A program made the translations under genes and the position numbers. Below, piece after piece: positions 16,272 through 25,370 of a stretch of 64,000 nt of DNA (the first letter of the stretch is position 1; each line of letters starts with the position of its first letter). The notes under the pieces are model-generated. The model ran no database searches. It was not told the DNA's origin and saw only the letters and a list, made by a program, of their open reading frames with translations. Origin of the DNA: an uncultured Acidimicrobiales bacterium (GTDB taxonomy: Bacteria; Actinomycetota; Acidimicrobiia; Acidimicrobiales; Ilumatobacteraceae). The stretch is from positions 4,402 through 68,401 of the forward strand of contig CAWHKS010000004.1 in assembly GCA_963829955.1 (NCBI GenBank), in the 5' to 3' direction.

Positions 16272-17072
16272 TCAGATCACGTTGAAGGCATCGAGGACCT
16301 GGGCGGCGTAGGCCTCGTCGCCTTCGATGCTCACGCCCATTGACCGCCAGTCCCGCCGCTTGGTCCCCCAGCACACGAACTCGTGCGCCGTGGACCGCAC
16401 GACTGCCGCCGCACTGCCGTCGGCGTCGGGCACGACGGAGGTGAGCCCACCGGGCTCGGTCGGTGGCTGCAGCGACCAGCCCCCACCGCCAGGACCGTCG
16501 AGGACCAGGGTGACGGGCCGGTCGACGACGGACAGGGCGTCGGTGCACATCTGCGGGAGGCCGGCCAGCATCCAGGTCATCGTCTCCGTGAGCACGGCGG
16601 GATCCTGGGGCAGGTCGCGGCCCACAGGCCCATTGGGCGCCGCGATGTCCCAGCGCAGGTGGCAGTAGTGGTCGAACACGAGCGCGTTGGCCAGCAGGTG
16701 GAGCGGATGGCTGCCCAGGTTGGCCAGCGGCACGACGGTCGTCGCCACGCCCTGGCCCTGCAGGGCGACGAGCGCCTCACGCCCCTTCGCGCCCCATTCC
16801 TCGTAGTCGGCCATGACCTCGGCGCTCGTCCAGTCCTTCCGGGCTCCCACCGGCACCTCGGCATTCGCCTCCACATCCGGGCTGCTCCCACCGTCGATCG
16901 AGCCGGGATCGGCGATCGTGTGGAACACCGCGCCCATGTGGGCGGCCACGTCCTGCACCCGCCAGCCTGCGCAGTCGCTCGGCGCCGCCCACTCCTGCGC
17001 GCTCAGGCTGCGGAACAGCTCCAACGCCCGCGCCCGCTCGGCATCGAGCGCACTGATGGCCTCCGTCGTCAT
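16272..17072 (-). CDS. Maleylpyruvate isomerase-family mycothiol-dependent enzyme (DinB-like N-domain)
   Basis: MTTEAISALDAERARALELFRSLSAQEWAAPSDCAGWRVQDVAAHM is the MDMPI_N signature. Start taken at ATG 17072; the ORF extends to 17165. Confidence 0.85.
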   Translation of the reverse strand: MTTEAISALDAERARALELFRSLSAQEWAAPSDCAGWRVQDVAAHMGAVFHTIADPGSIDGGSSPDVEANAEVPVGARKDWTSAEVMADYEEWGAKGREALVALQGQGVATTVVPLANLGSHPLHLLANALVFDHYCHLRWDIAAPNGPVGRDLPQDPAVLTETMTWMLAGLPQMCTDALSVVDRPVTLVLDGPGGGGWSLQPPTEPGGLTSVVPDADGSAAAVVRSTAHEFVCWGTKRRDWRSMGVSIEGDEAYAAQVLDAFNVI

Positions 17073-17127
17073 GGAATGCTCCCTTGCCGGCTCGGGGAGG
17101 ACCGGCCGGGCGAGCGTAGAGGACCGC

Positions 17128-18821
17128 TCAGTCGGTCGAGCGGAGCAGCCGGCCCGCCAGCACACCCGTGTGCTCCCCGTGGTCCATGAAGACCTGGCCG
17201 TTGACCACGGAGTACTCGTAGCCGCTGCTGCCCTGCACGTAGCGGCCGGCGCCGCCCGGGAAGTCGTGGACGAACTCGGGCTGATGGAGGGTGAGCTCGT
17301 CGAGGTCGATCACGTTCAGGTCGGCGAACGCGCCTGGTCGCAGCACACCACGGTCGACGATGCCGAACAGCTCGGCGGTGTCGGAGGTCAGCCGGCGGAT
17401 GGCCTCCTCCAGCTCCCAACGGCCCTTCTCCCTGATCCAGTAGGTCAGGTAGAAGGTGGGCTGGCTGGCGTCCATGATCTGGCCCACGTGCGCACCGGAA
17501 TCGCCGAGGCCGAGCGTCACCAGCGGATCGTCGAGCATCTCCTCGACGGCGCCGAGGCACTGGTTGAGGAAGGGGTAGTTACACACCAGCGCGCCGTCGG
17601 TCTCCAGCGCCAGCTCGATGAATGCCGCGGCCGGCGAGACCCCGCGCCGTTCGGCGTGGGCGGCCAGGCTGCTCTCCGGATCGCAGTCGTAGCGGGCCGG
17701 GCCGGGCGGCAACACGTACAACTCCCGCAGGTCGAGGCGGGGCTGGTGCTCCTCCGCCTCGGCGATCAGCTGCGCACGGGTGGCGGCATCGCGCAACGAG
17801 AGAAGTTGCTCCTGCACCGAATGACCGCGGAGCTGCGCGCCACGCGGGACTGCCGTCGAACGGTGTGCGGCTCTGGAGCCCGAACAGGACGCCCACGCCA
17901 CGCGCCGTCGTCTGCGGCCGGACGCAGCCGCCGAGGGTGTTCTGCTCCTTGGCGAAGCCGACCACGCGGCGGAACAGTTCGGGCCGGCGGTCGGACTGGG
18001 CCAGGCCGAAGGTGACCGGCCGACCCGAGCGGCGCGACACCTCGCCCATCCAGGCCAGCTCGGCGCGCGTTCCCGACAGATCCTCACTGTCACGCTCGCC
18101 GATGCCGCGACGCGCTCTCGAACACGCCTCGCCGGTGCCGGCCCAGCACGTCGGCGATCGCGTACAGCTCGTCCGGCGTGGCCCACGTGCCGGGCACCGG
18201 ACGGCCGTCGGGCACCGTGTGGAGCAGCGTCCACGACGTGGAGAAGCCGAGCGCTCCCGCCTCCATGGCCTCGTCGACCAGCTCCACCATCGCCGCGATG
18301 TCCTCGTCCGAGGCCGGTGCGTCGTCCATGCTGCGCTCGCCCATGGCGTGGTGGCGCACCGCGCAGTGCCCGACCATCCCGCCCACGTTCGGGCCCTTGG
18401 GGAGCCGGTTCATGGTCTCCAGGTAGTCACCGTAGGACACCCAGTCCCAGGGCAGGCCACCGAGGATGGCTTCCCGCGGGATGTCCTCGACGCTCTCCAT
18501 GAGCTCGGCCAAATAGGCCCGGTCCTCGGGACGGCACGGGGCGAAGGTGACGCCACAGTTGCCCATGACGACGCTGGTCACGCCGTGCCAGCAGCTCGAC
18601 GAGCCGATCGGATCCCAGGCGAGCTGGGCGTCGAGGTGGGTGTGGATGTCCACGAAACCGGGCGTGACGATGCAACCCTCGGCGTCGAGCTCGCGGTGAC
18701 CCTTGGCATCCAGCGCGGCACCGACGGCGACCACGCGGTCGCCGCGGACTCCCACGTCAGCGGGCCGGGCCGGAGCCCCTGTGCCCTCGACGACCGTGCC
18801 GTTCCTGATGATCAGATCCAT
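17128..18821 (-). CDS. N-acyl-D-amino-acid deacylase (D-aminoacylase) family amidohydrolase, two frameshifts as sequenced
   Basis: MDLIIRNGTVVEGTG...GCIVTPGFVDIHTHLD...VVMGNCG (ORF 18090..18857), then ...GEVSRRSGRPVTFGLAQS...GVGVLFGL (ORF 17579..18049), then ...VTLGLGDSGAHVGQIMDAS...GVLRPGAFADLNVIDLD... (ORF 17128..18234). Frame changes near 18100 and 17840. Confidence 0.8.
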
Positions 18822-18898
18822 GTCCACAAGCCGTCCCCTTGCTGTCGGGCATGGCATATCCGAGCGTGTCTACCCATCCGGTGCCCCGCCTCGCCACC

Positions 18899-18929
18899 TT
18901 GTGACGGCACTTGTCACAGAGGTGACACC
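18899..18929. promoter_or_regulatory. Operator-like palindromes in a divergent promoter region
   Basis: ttGTGACggcacttGTCACagagGTGACAcc. TGTCAC-AGAG-GTGACA (18912-18927) is a perfect 6-4-6 inverted repeat, with a third half-site GTGAC at 18901-18905. It lies between the D-aminoacylase start (18821, minus) and the F420-type LLM start (18980, plus). Confidence 0.35.
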
Positions 18930-18979
18930 AAGGGCGCGCGGGCCGTCAGCCATCGGACGCGCACCGTAGGCTCGCTCCG

Positions 18980-19996
18980 ATGAGCACCTCCGAGACGGCC
19001 ACACGCAGGTCCGCAGCGGCTATCCGCATGGGCCTGCAGATCCCGAGCTTCACGTATCCCGGTGTCCCTGACGCCGAACTCTTCGAACGGGTGGCGGACA
19101 TCGCCACGACCGCGGAGCGCGCGGGCTTCGACTCCATCTACGTGATGGACCACTTCTACCAACTCCCCCTGCTCGGCCCGCCCAACGATCCGATGATGGA
19201 GGCCTACACGCTGCTGTCGGCGCTGGCCGCCCGGACCCGGACCGTCAAACTCGGAGCGATGGTCGGTGGAGTGACGTACCGGAACCCGGCCCTCTTGGCC
19301 AAGGAGGTCACGACGCTCGACGTGATCTCCAGCGGGCGGGCCATCTGGGCCATCGGGGCGGCCTGGTTCGAGGAGGAACACGACGGCTACGGCTACGACT
19401 TCGGCACGTTCACCGAGCGCTTCGAGAAGCTTGAAGAGGCGCTGCAGATCGTCAAGAGCATGTTCGTGAACGACAGCACCACCTTCGACGGCAAGTGGTT
19501 CAAGGTGAAGGACGCGCTCAACGTGCCCCGGCCCGTCACGCCCGGCGGCCCTCCCGTCCTCATCGGCGGCAGCGGCGAGAAGAAGACGCTGCGGATGGTC
19601 GCTCAGTACGCGGACGCCTGCAACGTGTTCGGTCAGCCGGAGGATGTCGGTCGTCTCATGGGCGTACTCGACGAGCACTGCGCCACGCTCGGTCGCGACC
19701 CGGCCGAGGTGTGGCGGACCCGGCTCGGCACGCTGGTCGTCGGCCGGACGGTCGAGGAGGCCGAGGAGAAGGTGGCCCGCCGCTTCGGTGCGTCCAAGCT
19801 GACCGAACTGCCCGAGGACATGCAGGCCAACCTCCGGCGGATGCTCTTGATCGGCGACGAGGCCACGATCCTCGAGGCGGTGCAGGCCTACCTCGACGCC
19901 GGCCTGGACGGGTTGATCTTCAACATGCCCGACGCCCACGACCTCGAACCGGTGGAGATGGCCGGGGCCATGTTGTCGAAGGTCCTGCTCAGGTGA
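18980..19996 (+). CDS. LLM-class F420-dependent oxidoreductase
   Basis: Intact 338 aa. RMGLQIPSFTYPG...GFDSIYVMDHFYQLP...KLGAMVGGVTYRNPALLAKEVTTLDVISSGRAIWAIGAAWFEEEH... is typical of the actinobacterial F420-dependent LLM subgroup. Confidence 0.88.
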   Translation: MSTSETATRRSAAAIRMGLQIPSFTYPGVPDAELFERVADIATTAERAGFDSIYVMDHFYQLPLLGPPNDPMMEAYTLLSALAARTRTVKLGAMVGGVTYRNPALLAKEVTTLDVISSGRAIWAIGAAWFEEEHDGYGYDFGTFTERFEKLEEALQIVKSMFVNDSTTFDGKWFKVKDALNVPRPVTPGGPPVLIGGSGEKKTLRMVAQYADACNVFGQPEDVGRLMGVLDEHCATLGRDPAEVWRTRLGTLVVGRTVEEAEEKVARRFGASKLTELPEDMQANLRRMLLIGDEATILEAVQAYLDAGLDGLIFNMPDAHDLEPVEMAGAMLSKVLLR

Positions 19997-20015
19997 AGCC
20001 CGCGGTCACCGGGCG

Positions 20016-20963
20016 GTGACCCGACCACTCGACGACGGCACGACCTTTGCGCCCGGGCCTCACGGCGGTGACGGCGACGCGGTGGCCCGGCTGCTGGGGC
20101 TCGACCCGGACGACCTGCTGGACCTGTCGGCCAGTCTCAACCCGCTGGCCCCGGACGTCGCTGCCGTCGTGCGATCGCTCGATGCTCGTTGCATCCGCAA
20201 CTATCCTTCCGATGAGGACGCGACGACCCTCCTGGCGGACGCTATCGGCGTGCCCGCCGACCGGCTCCTGCTCACCAACGGTGGCGCCGAAGCCATCGTG
20301 CTCGTGGCCGCCGAGCATCCCGTCGGCGTGGTGCCGGAACCGGCGTTCTCGCTCTACCGCCGCCACCTCGCGTGCGTGGATCCGATCGATGGCGAGGGAG
20401 CGCTGGTCTGGAAGGCGAACCCGTCGTCGCCGCTCGGGGAGCCGGCGCACCCCGACGAGCGGGCCGGGGTGTGGGACGAAGCGTTCTGGCCTCTGGCCAC
20501 CGGCACGTGGACGAGAGGCGACGAGAGCGCCTATCGGCTCGGCTCGCTGACCAAGCTGTGGAGCTGCCCCGGCCTGCGGCTCGGCTACGTCATCGCGCCG
20601 GGGCCGGCCGAACGCGAGGCGCTGGCGCGCCGGCAACCGCGCTGGGCCGTCAACGGACTGGCGCTAGCCGCCGTTCCGTCGCTGCTGGCGGCCACGGATC
20701 TGGCGGGCTGGCAGGCCGGCATCGCCGCTCTCCGGGCGGACCTGGCGGGCATCTGGCGGACCGCGGGGTTCACGGTGCACGAGGGGGCCGCGAACTGGAT
20801 CCTCGTGGAGGACGCCGCCGGTTGGCGCACCCCGCTGGCACAGAACGGCGTCCTGGTGCGGGACTGCGCCAGCTTCGGCCTCCCCGGCACGATCCGGGTC
20901 GCCGTGCCCGATGCGGACGGGCTGGTCACGGTCGCTCGAGCGGTGCGCGCGGTGGGCGCTTGA
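20016..20963 (+). CDS. CobD/CobC-family threonine-phosphate decarboxylase-like class I/II aminotransferase (cobalamin biosynthesis)
   Basis: The N-terminal PHGGD motif, DLSASLNPL, NYPSDED, LLLTNGGAEAI and SLTKLWSCPGLRLGY (PLP lysine) fit the family. Located with cobU/cobS/cbiB downstream. Confidence 0.8.
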   Translation: MTRPLDDGTTFAPGPHGGDGDAVARLLGLDPDDLLDLSASLNPLAPDVAAVVRSLDARCIRNYPSDEDATTLLADAIGVPADRLLLTNGGAEAIVLVAAEHPVGVVPEPAFSLYRRHLACVDPIDGEGALVWKANPSSPLGEPAHPDERAGVWDEAFWPLATGTWTRGDESAYRLGSLTKLWSCPGLRLGYVIAPGPAEREALARRQPRWAVNGLALAAVPSLLAATDLAGWQAGIAALRADLAGIWRTAGFTVHEGAANWILVEDAAGWRTPLAQNGVLVRDCASFGLPGTIRVAVPDADGLVTVARAVRAVGA

Positions 20964-21040
20964 CGCTGGGACCGCCCGAGAGGAGCGCAGTGGCCTGCGG
21001 TTATGCTCGCTGCGCTCTCGAAGGGAGAAGGCCAGACCAG

Positions 21041-22320
21041 ATGACCCGGCTCGTCCGCGCCGCCTCAGCGGCCGCCTTGCTGGTCTCGATCCTGCTCGTC
21101 CCGGCGGCCGCCGGCGCCCAGAGTGTGGACGCTGCCGCGGCCGACCTGCAGGACAACGACGTCACCTTCGAGGACGGCGCCCTCACGGACGACGATCTCG
21201 AGGATCTCGACCGCGTCGTCGCTCAGCTCCAGTCGGACGGCGGGTACTTCAAGGTGCTCGTGCTGGCGTCGCCGACCGACGAGTTCTCCAGCACCCGCGC
21301 CTACGCCGAGGAGGTCCGCGACGCGCTCGGCGGCACGGGTCGGGTCATGGTCTTCGATCCTCAGGACGTGGGCATCGCCACGAACGTCGGCGGCGAATCG
21401 GCGAGCGTCAACGACGCCGAGGTGGCCGCGATCGAGGCCGCGAACCGCTCGAACTCCTTCGCCACCGGGGTGCTGGCGGCGGCCGACGAGCTCGGGGTGG
21501 ACGGGTCCGGCGGCTCCGGTGGCAACGGCGCCGACAGCAGCGGCGGAGACGACGGGCCGACCGGTGCCCCCGGCAGCTCGAGCAGAAGCATCCTGCCCCT
21601 CATCCTGCTGTTGGCCTTCGTCGGCCTAGTCGGGTTCGGCTTCTACATCTGGTGGTCCTCCCGCAAGAAGAAGGCGTCCCAGCCGCTGTCCGCGGTGTCA
21701 CAGGCCGAGGGTGAGCAGAAGGTGCGGACTGAGGTCGAGCTGGCGTCGAACCTGGTGCTCGACTTGGCCGACAAGGTCGAGATGCCGGACGCGCCGAAGG
21801 AAGGCGTCGCTGCGTTCCACGAGGGGGCCACAGGCTTCGCCGAGCTCCAGGACGATCTGGAGGAGGCGGACACCCGCGAAGAGCTCGAGGCGGTCTACCC
21901 CCGGCTGGTGCGGGCCCGCTGGAAGTTGCAGTGCTCGGCCGCGCTGCTCGACGGGCAGCCGGCGCCGCCGGAGCCGGCGCCGGGACCGCTCTTCCCCTTC
22001 CTCCACCCCCGCCGCCCGGGGCCGCCGTTCCCGCGCCGCTGCCGGAGCCCCACTACCAGCAGCACCGTGAGAAGAGCCCGTGGCTCACCAACGCCGCCAT
22101 CGCGGCCATCACGGTGCTCGCCTCCCGCGGGCTCGGCAGCGCCATGGGCCGCGGCAACCGGCGTCAACCGAGCGACGACGACTGGTTCCGTGACAACTAC
22201 GGCGGTGGAGGCGGCGGCTTCGGTGGCAGCAGCCGAGGAAGGAGCGTAGGGCGCACCGGCGGCTCGCGTCCCCGCATCAGCATGGGCTCCCGCAGAGGTC
22301 GGGGCATGGGAAGCCGGTAG
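21041..22320 (+). CDS. TPM-domain-like (YgcG-type) membrane protein with coiled-coil and Gly-rich tail, one frameshift
   Basis: MTRLVRAASAAALLVSILLVPAAAGAQS (signal peptide). ALTDDDLEDLDRVVAQLQSDGGYFKVLVLASP...GRVMVFDPQDVGIATNVG (TPM-like). ILPLILLLAFVGLVGFGFYIWW (TM). The C-terminus is in the frame of ORF 21931..22320 (...PWLTNAAIAAITVLASRGL...DNYGGGGGGFGGSSRG). Frame change near 21990 in a C-rich run. Confidence 0.55.
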
Positions 22321-22376
22321 CGGCGGCACGATCGCTCCCACGACGAGACGACGGCTACAGAGAAAGGACAACCAAC

Positions 22377-23153
22377 GTGTTCAAGAAGTGGTGGAACTAC
22401 ATCAAGGCCTGGTTCACCAAGAAGAGCAACGAGGTCATGGACCCCGAGATCGAGATCGAGCAGGCGATCCAGGACGCCCAGAAGAAGGACCAGCAGCTGC
22501 GCAACCAGGCCGCCCAGGTCATCGCCCACCGAACCCAGGTGGCCGGTGACCTGGAGGACGCCGCCGGCGACGTGGCTGAGGCCAAGGAACTGGCCAAGCA
22601 GGCCCTGCTGAAGGCGGACGCCGCGAGCAAGGCCGGCAACGCGGCCGACGCGCAGAAGTGGAACGCTGCGGCCAGCACGGTGGCCATGAGGTTGCAAGCG
22701 GCACAGAACACCGAGGAGATGTTGCGCAAGCAACTGACGCTGGCCGACGAGCAGTCCAAGAAGGCGAAGGAAGCCGTGCAGGCCAACGCGGCCGGCGTGC
22801 AGCAACTGGCGGCCAAGCGCATGGAGCTCCTGGGCCAGCTCGAGGCGGCCAAGATGCAGGAGAAGGTCAACGACGCCATGTCCTCGATGACGGCCACGGT
22901 CGGCCAGGACAGCCCCAGCCTCGAGGAGGTGGAGAACAAGATCCAGGCCCGGATGGCCCAGGCCAGTGCCAAGGCCGAGCTGGACGCTTCGACCGGCGAA
23001 GGCGCGCTGGCCGAGCTCAGGAAGTCGACGATGGAGCTCGAGGCGTCGGCCACGCTGGACTCGCTGCGGGCCGAGCTGGGCCTCGGCGCCCCGGCCGAGC
23101 TCCCAGCATCTGCGCCGGCGCCCAGCCCGGAGCAGGCCCCGCCGAGCGCCTGA
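22377..23153 (+). CDS. pspA: PspA/IM30 family protein (phage shock protein A-like)
   Basis: Intact 258 aa. MFKKWWNYIKAWFTKKSNEVMDPEIEIEQAIQDAQKKDQQLRNQAAQVIA... is an all-helical coiled coil typical of PspA/IM30. Confidence 0.9.
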   Translation: MFKKWWNYIKAWFTKKSNEVMDPEIEIEQAIQDAQKKDQQLRNQAAQVIAHRTQVAGDLEDAAGDVAEAKELAKQALLKADAASKAGNAADAQKWNAAASTVAMRLQAAQNTEEMLRKQLTLADEQSKKAKEAVQANAAGVQQLAAKRMELLGQLEAAKMQEKVNDAMSSMTATVGQDSPSLEEVENKIQARMAQASAKAELDASTGEGALAELRKSTMELEASATLDSLRAELGLGAPAELPASAPAPSPEQAPPSA

Positions 23154-23155
23154 CG

Positions 23156-23662
23156 GTGCTCGTCCTCGTCCTGGGTGGCACGCGCAGCGGCAAGTCCGCG
23201 GTTGCCGAGGCGCTGGCCACCCGGCTCGGCCCGCCCGTGACCTACGTGGCCACGGCGTGGGCCGATCCGGACGACGAGAACATGGCGGCGCGCATCGCGG
23301 CCCACCAGGCCCGGCGACCGGCCGACTGGGTCACCGTGGAGGCGGGCGGCGACCTCGTCGGGACGCTGCACAGCTACCCCGACGGCACCCTGCTGGTGGA
23401 CGCCCTCGGCCCGTGGGTCGCCGCGCATCCGGACCTCGCCGTCGACGTGGCTTCCCTGGTGATCGCGCTCCAGGGCCGCACGGGGCCGACGGTGGTGGTG
23501 TCCGAGGAGGTGGGTCTGTCGGTGCACGCGCCGACGGAGCTCGGGCGGCGCTTCGCCGACGTCATGGGCACCCTGAACCAGGCCGTCGCCGCGGTGGCCA
23601 CCGACGTGCAACTGGTGGTGGCCGGACGGGTGCTGCCATTGCCGCCGCCCGAACCGTCATGA
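23156..23662 (+). CDS. cobU: Bifunctional adenosylcobinamide kinase / adenosylcobinamide-phosphate guanylyltransferase
   Basis: GTG 23156 lies 2 nt after the pspA stop. VLVLVLGGTRSGKSAVAE (P-loop) ...YVATA...IAAHQARRPADW.TVE...LVDALGPWV...VVVSEEVG fits CobU/CobP. Confidence 0.85.
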   Translation: MLVLVLGGTRSGKSAVAEALATRLGPPVTYVATAWADPDDENMAARIAAHQARRPADWVTVEAGGDLVGTLHSYPDGTLLVDALGPWVAAHPDLAVDVASLVIALQGRTGPTVVVSEEVGLSVHAPTELGRRFADVMGTLNQAVAAVATDVQLVVAGRVLPLPPPEPS

Positions 23663-23672
23663 GCGCGACGAC

Positions 23673-24395
23673 GTGACGGCGTTCCTCTCCGCTGTCGACT
23701 TCCTGACCATCGCCGGTCGCGGCCGGGTCCCGGACCGGCGCAGCCTGGCATGGTTCGGCGCGGTCGGGCTGTTGATCGGCGGGGCCTGCGGCCTCGTCCG
23801 CTGGGGGACCGGCGGTTGGTGGGCGCCCGTGCTGGCCGCCGCGCTGACGGTGGCGATCGACCTCGTGCTCACCGGAGCACTGCACCTCGACGGCCTGGCC
23901 GACACCGCCGACGGGCTCCTCCCCCATCTGGACCGATCACGCCGCCTCGCCGTGATGGCCGCGCCGGACGTGGGCGCGTTCGCGGCGGCCGCGGTGGTCG
24001 TGACGCTGCTCCTGCGCACGGCCGCGCTGGCCACCGCAGACGTCGACGGCTGGCGCTGGGTCGTGCTGCTGGCCGGCGTCTGGTGCCTGGCCCGGGCGGG
24101 GATGGCGGCGACGGTCACGACCGTGCCCTACGCCCGCGAAGAGGGAGGGCTGGCCACCGCCTTCGCCGGCGGGTCGCCACTCGTGGCGGTGCCGTCGGCG
24201 CTGATCGGAGTGGTCGCCGTGGTCATCGGTGGGGGATGGGGGGGCCTGGCGGGCACGGGCGCTGGAGTCGCCGCCGGCGCCGCCGTGGTCGGTCTGGCCT
24301 GGCGGCGCCTGGGTGGCTTCACCGGCGATGTGGTCGGGGCGGCCGGCATGGTCCTGGAAACCGTGGCCCTGGTCGTGGTGGCGGCCCGCTGGTGA
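23673..24395 (+). CDS. cobS: Adenosylcobinamide-GDP ribazoletransferase (cobalamin synthase)
   Basis: Intact 240 aa. FLTIAGRG..., TGALHLDGLADTADGL, GGFTGDVVGA and multiple TM helices. Confidence 0.9.
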   Translation: MTAFLSAVDFLTIAGRGRVPDRRSLAWFGAVGLLIGGACGLVRWGTGGWWAPVLAAALTVAIDLVLTGALHLDGLADTADGLLPHLDRSRRLAVMAAPDVGAFAAAAVVVTLLLRTAALATADVDGWRWVVLLAGVWCLARAGMAATVTTVPYAREEGGLATAFAGGSPLVAVPSALIGVVAVVIGGGWGGLAGTGAGVAAGAAVVGLAWRRLGGFTGDVVGAAGMVLETVALVVVAARW

Positions 24396-25347
24396 GGCGC
24401 GTCCGCAGGCTCTCGCCTGCCGCCCGGTGGGGATCGACCGCGGCCGGGCTGACCCTGGCGCAGGTACTGCCCGAGCCGCCCGATCGCTACCACCCGGTGG
24501 CCTGGTTCGGACGGGCCATGAACCGCGCCGAGGCCCGCCGCTACGGCGACGATCGCCGCCGCGGCGTCGAGCACGTCGCGCTGGGTGCGGGGCTGGCGGC
24601 GATCGCGGGGATGGTGCTGCGCCGCGCCGCCGGGCCGGCAGCGGCCGGGGTGGCGGCGACCGCGCTCACGGTCGGGGGCCGGATGCTGACCGACGAGGCC
24701 CTCGCCATCGAGGGCCACCTCGAGGGCGGCGACCTGGACGGGGCCCGGTCGGCACTGCCAGCGCTCGTCGGCCGCGACCCCTCTGAACTGGGAGAGGACG
24801 AGATCGCCAGGGCCGTCGTCGAGTCCGTGGCCGAGAACACGGTCGATGCCGTGGTGGCGCCCATCCTGTGGGCCGCGGTGGGCGGCGGCGTCGGCGCGCT
24901 GGTCTACCGGGCCGTCAACACCATGGACTCCATGGTCGGACACCACGACGAGCGGTTCGAGCGGTTCGGCTGGGCCGCGGCGCGCCTCGACGACGTCGCC
25001 AACTGGGTCCCGGCCCGGCTGGCGGCTGCCGCCGTCGCCGTGCTGCGACCGGCCCGTGCCCGTGAGATCTGGCGGGCGGTGCGCGAGGACGCCCCCGGGC
25101 ACCCGTCCCCGAACGCTGGCGTGATCGAAGCTGCCTTCGCGGCGGCGCTCGGGGTCCGTCTCGGCGGGACCAACCGCTACGGCCAGCGGGTCGAGCAGCG
25201 GGCCACGCTGGGACGGGACGCGCGACCACCCCGGCGGACATCGGAGCGGCCGTGAAGTTGTCGCGTCAGCTCAACGGGATGCTCATCGCGGCCTTGGCGG
25301 CAGCCGCTGCCGCGCCGACCGCGGGGCGCCTGGTCAGGGGGCGCTGA
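24392..25347 (+). CDS. cbiB: Adenosylcobinamide-phosphate synthase CbiB/CobD, one frameshift near the 3' end
   Basis: GTG 24392 overlaps the cobS stop. HPVAWFGRAM...LVGRDPSELGEDEIARAVVESVAENTVDAVVAPILW...YRAVNTMDSMVGH...FGWAAARLDDVANWVPARL...HPSPNAGVIEAAFAAALGVRLGG. After about 25225 the family-like end PADIGAAVKLSRQLNGMLIAALAA...* is in another frame, with the stop at 25345-25347. Confidence 0.85.
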
Positions 25348-25370
25348 GGGTCCAGGGATAGCCTCGAACC

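Noticed and set aside
18822-18829. TGTCCACA DnaA-box-like core next to the D-aminoacylase start codon
   Set aside because: It is an isolated 8-mer, 21 kb from the origin, partly inside a start region, and unclustered. Most likely chance.
19997-22376. Cobalamin riboswitch upstream of the cob genes (spacers 19997-20015, 20964-21040, 22321-22376)
   Set aside because: The spacers are too short (19, 77 and 56 bp), and I could not recognise a B12-box-like element by eye. This cannot be fully excluded without a covariance-model scan, including the region upstream of 18980.
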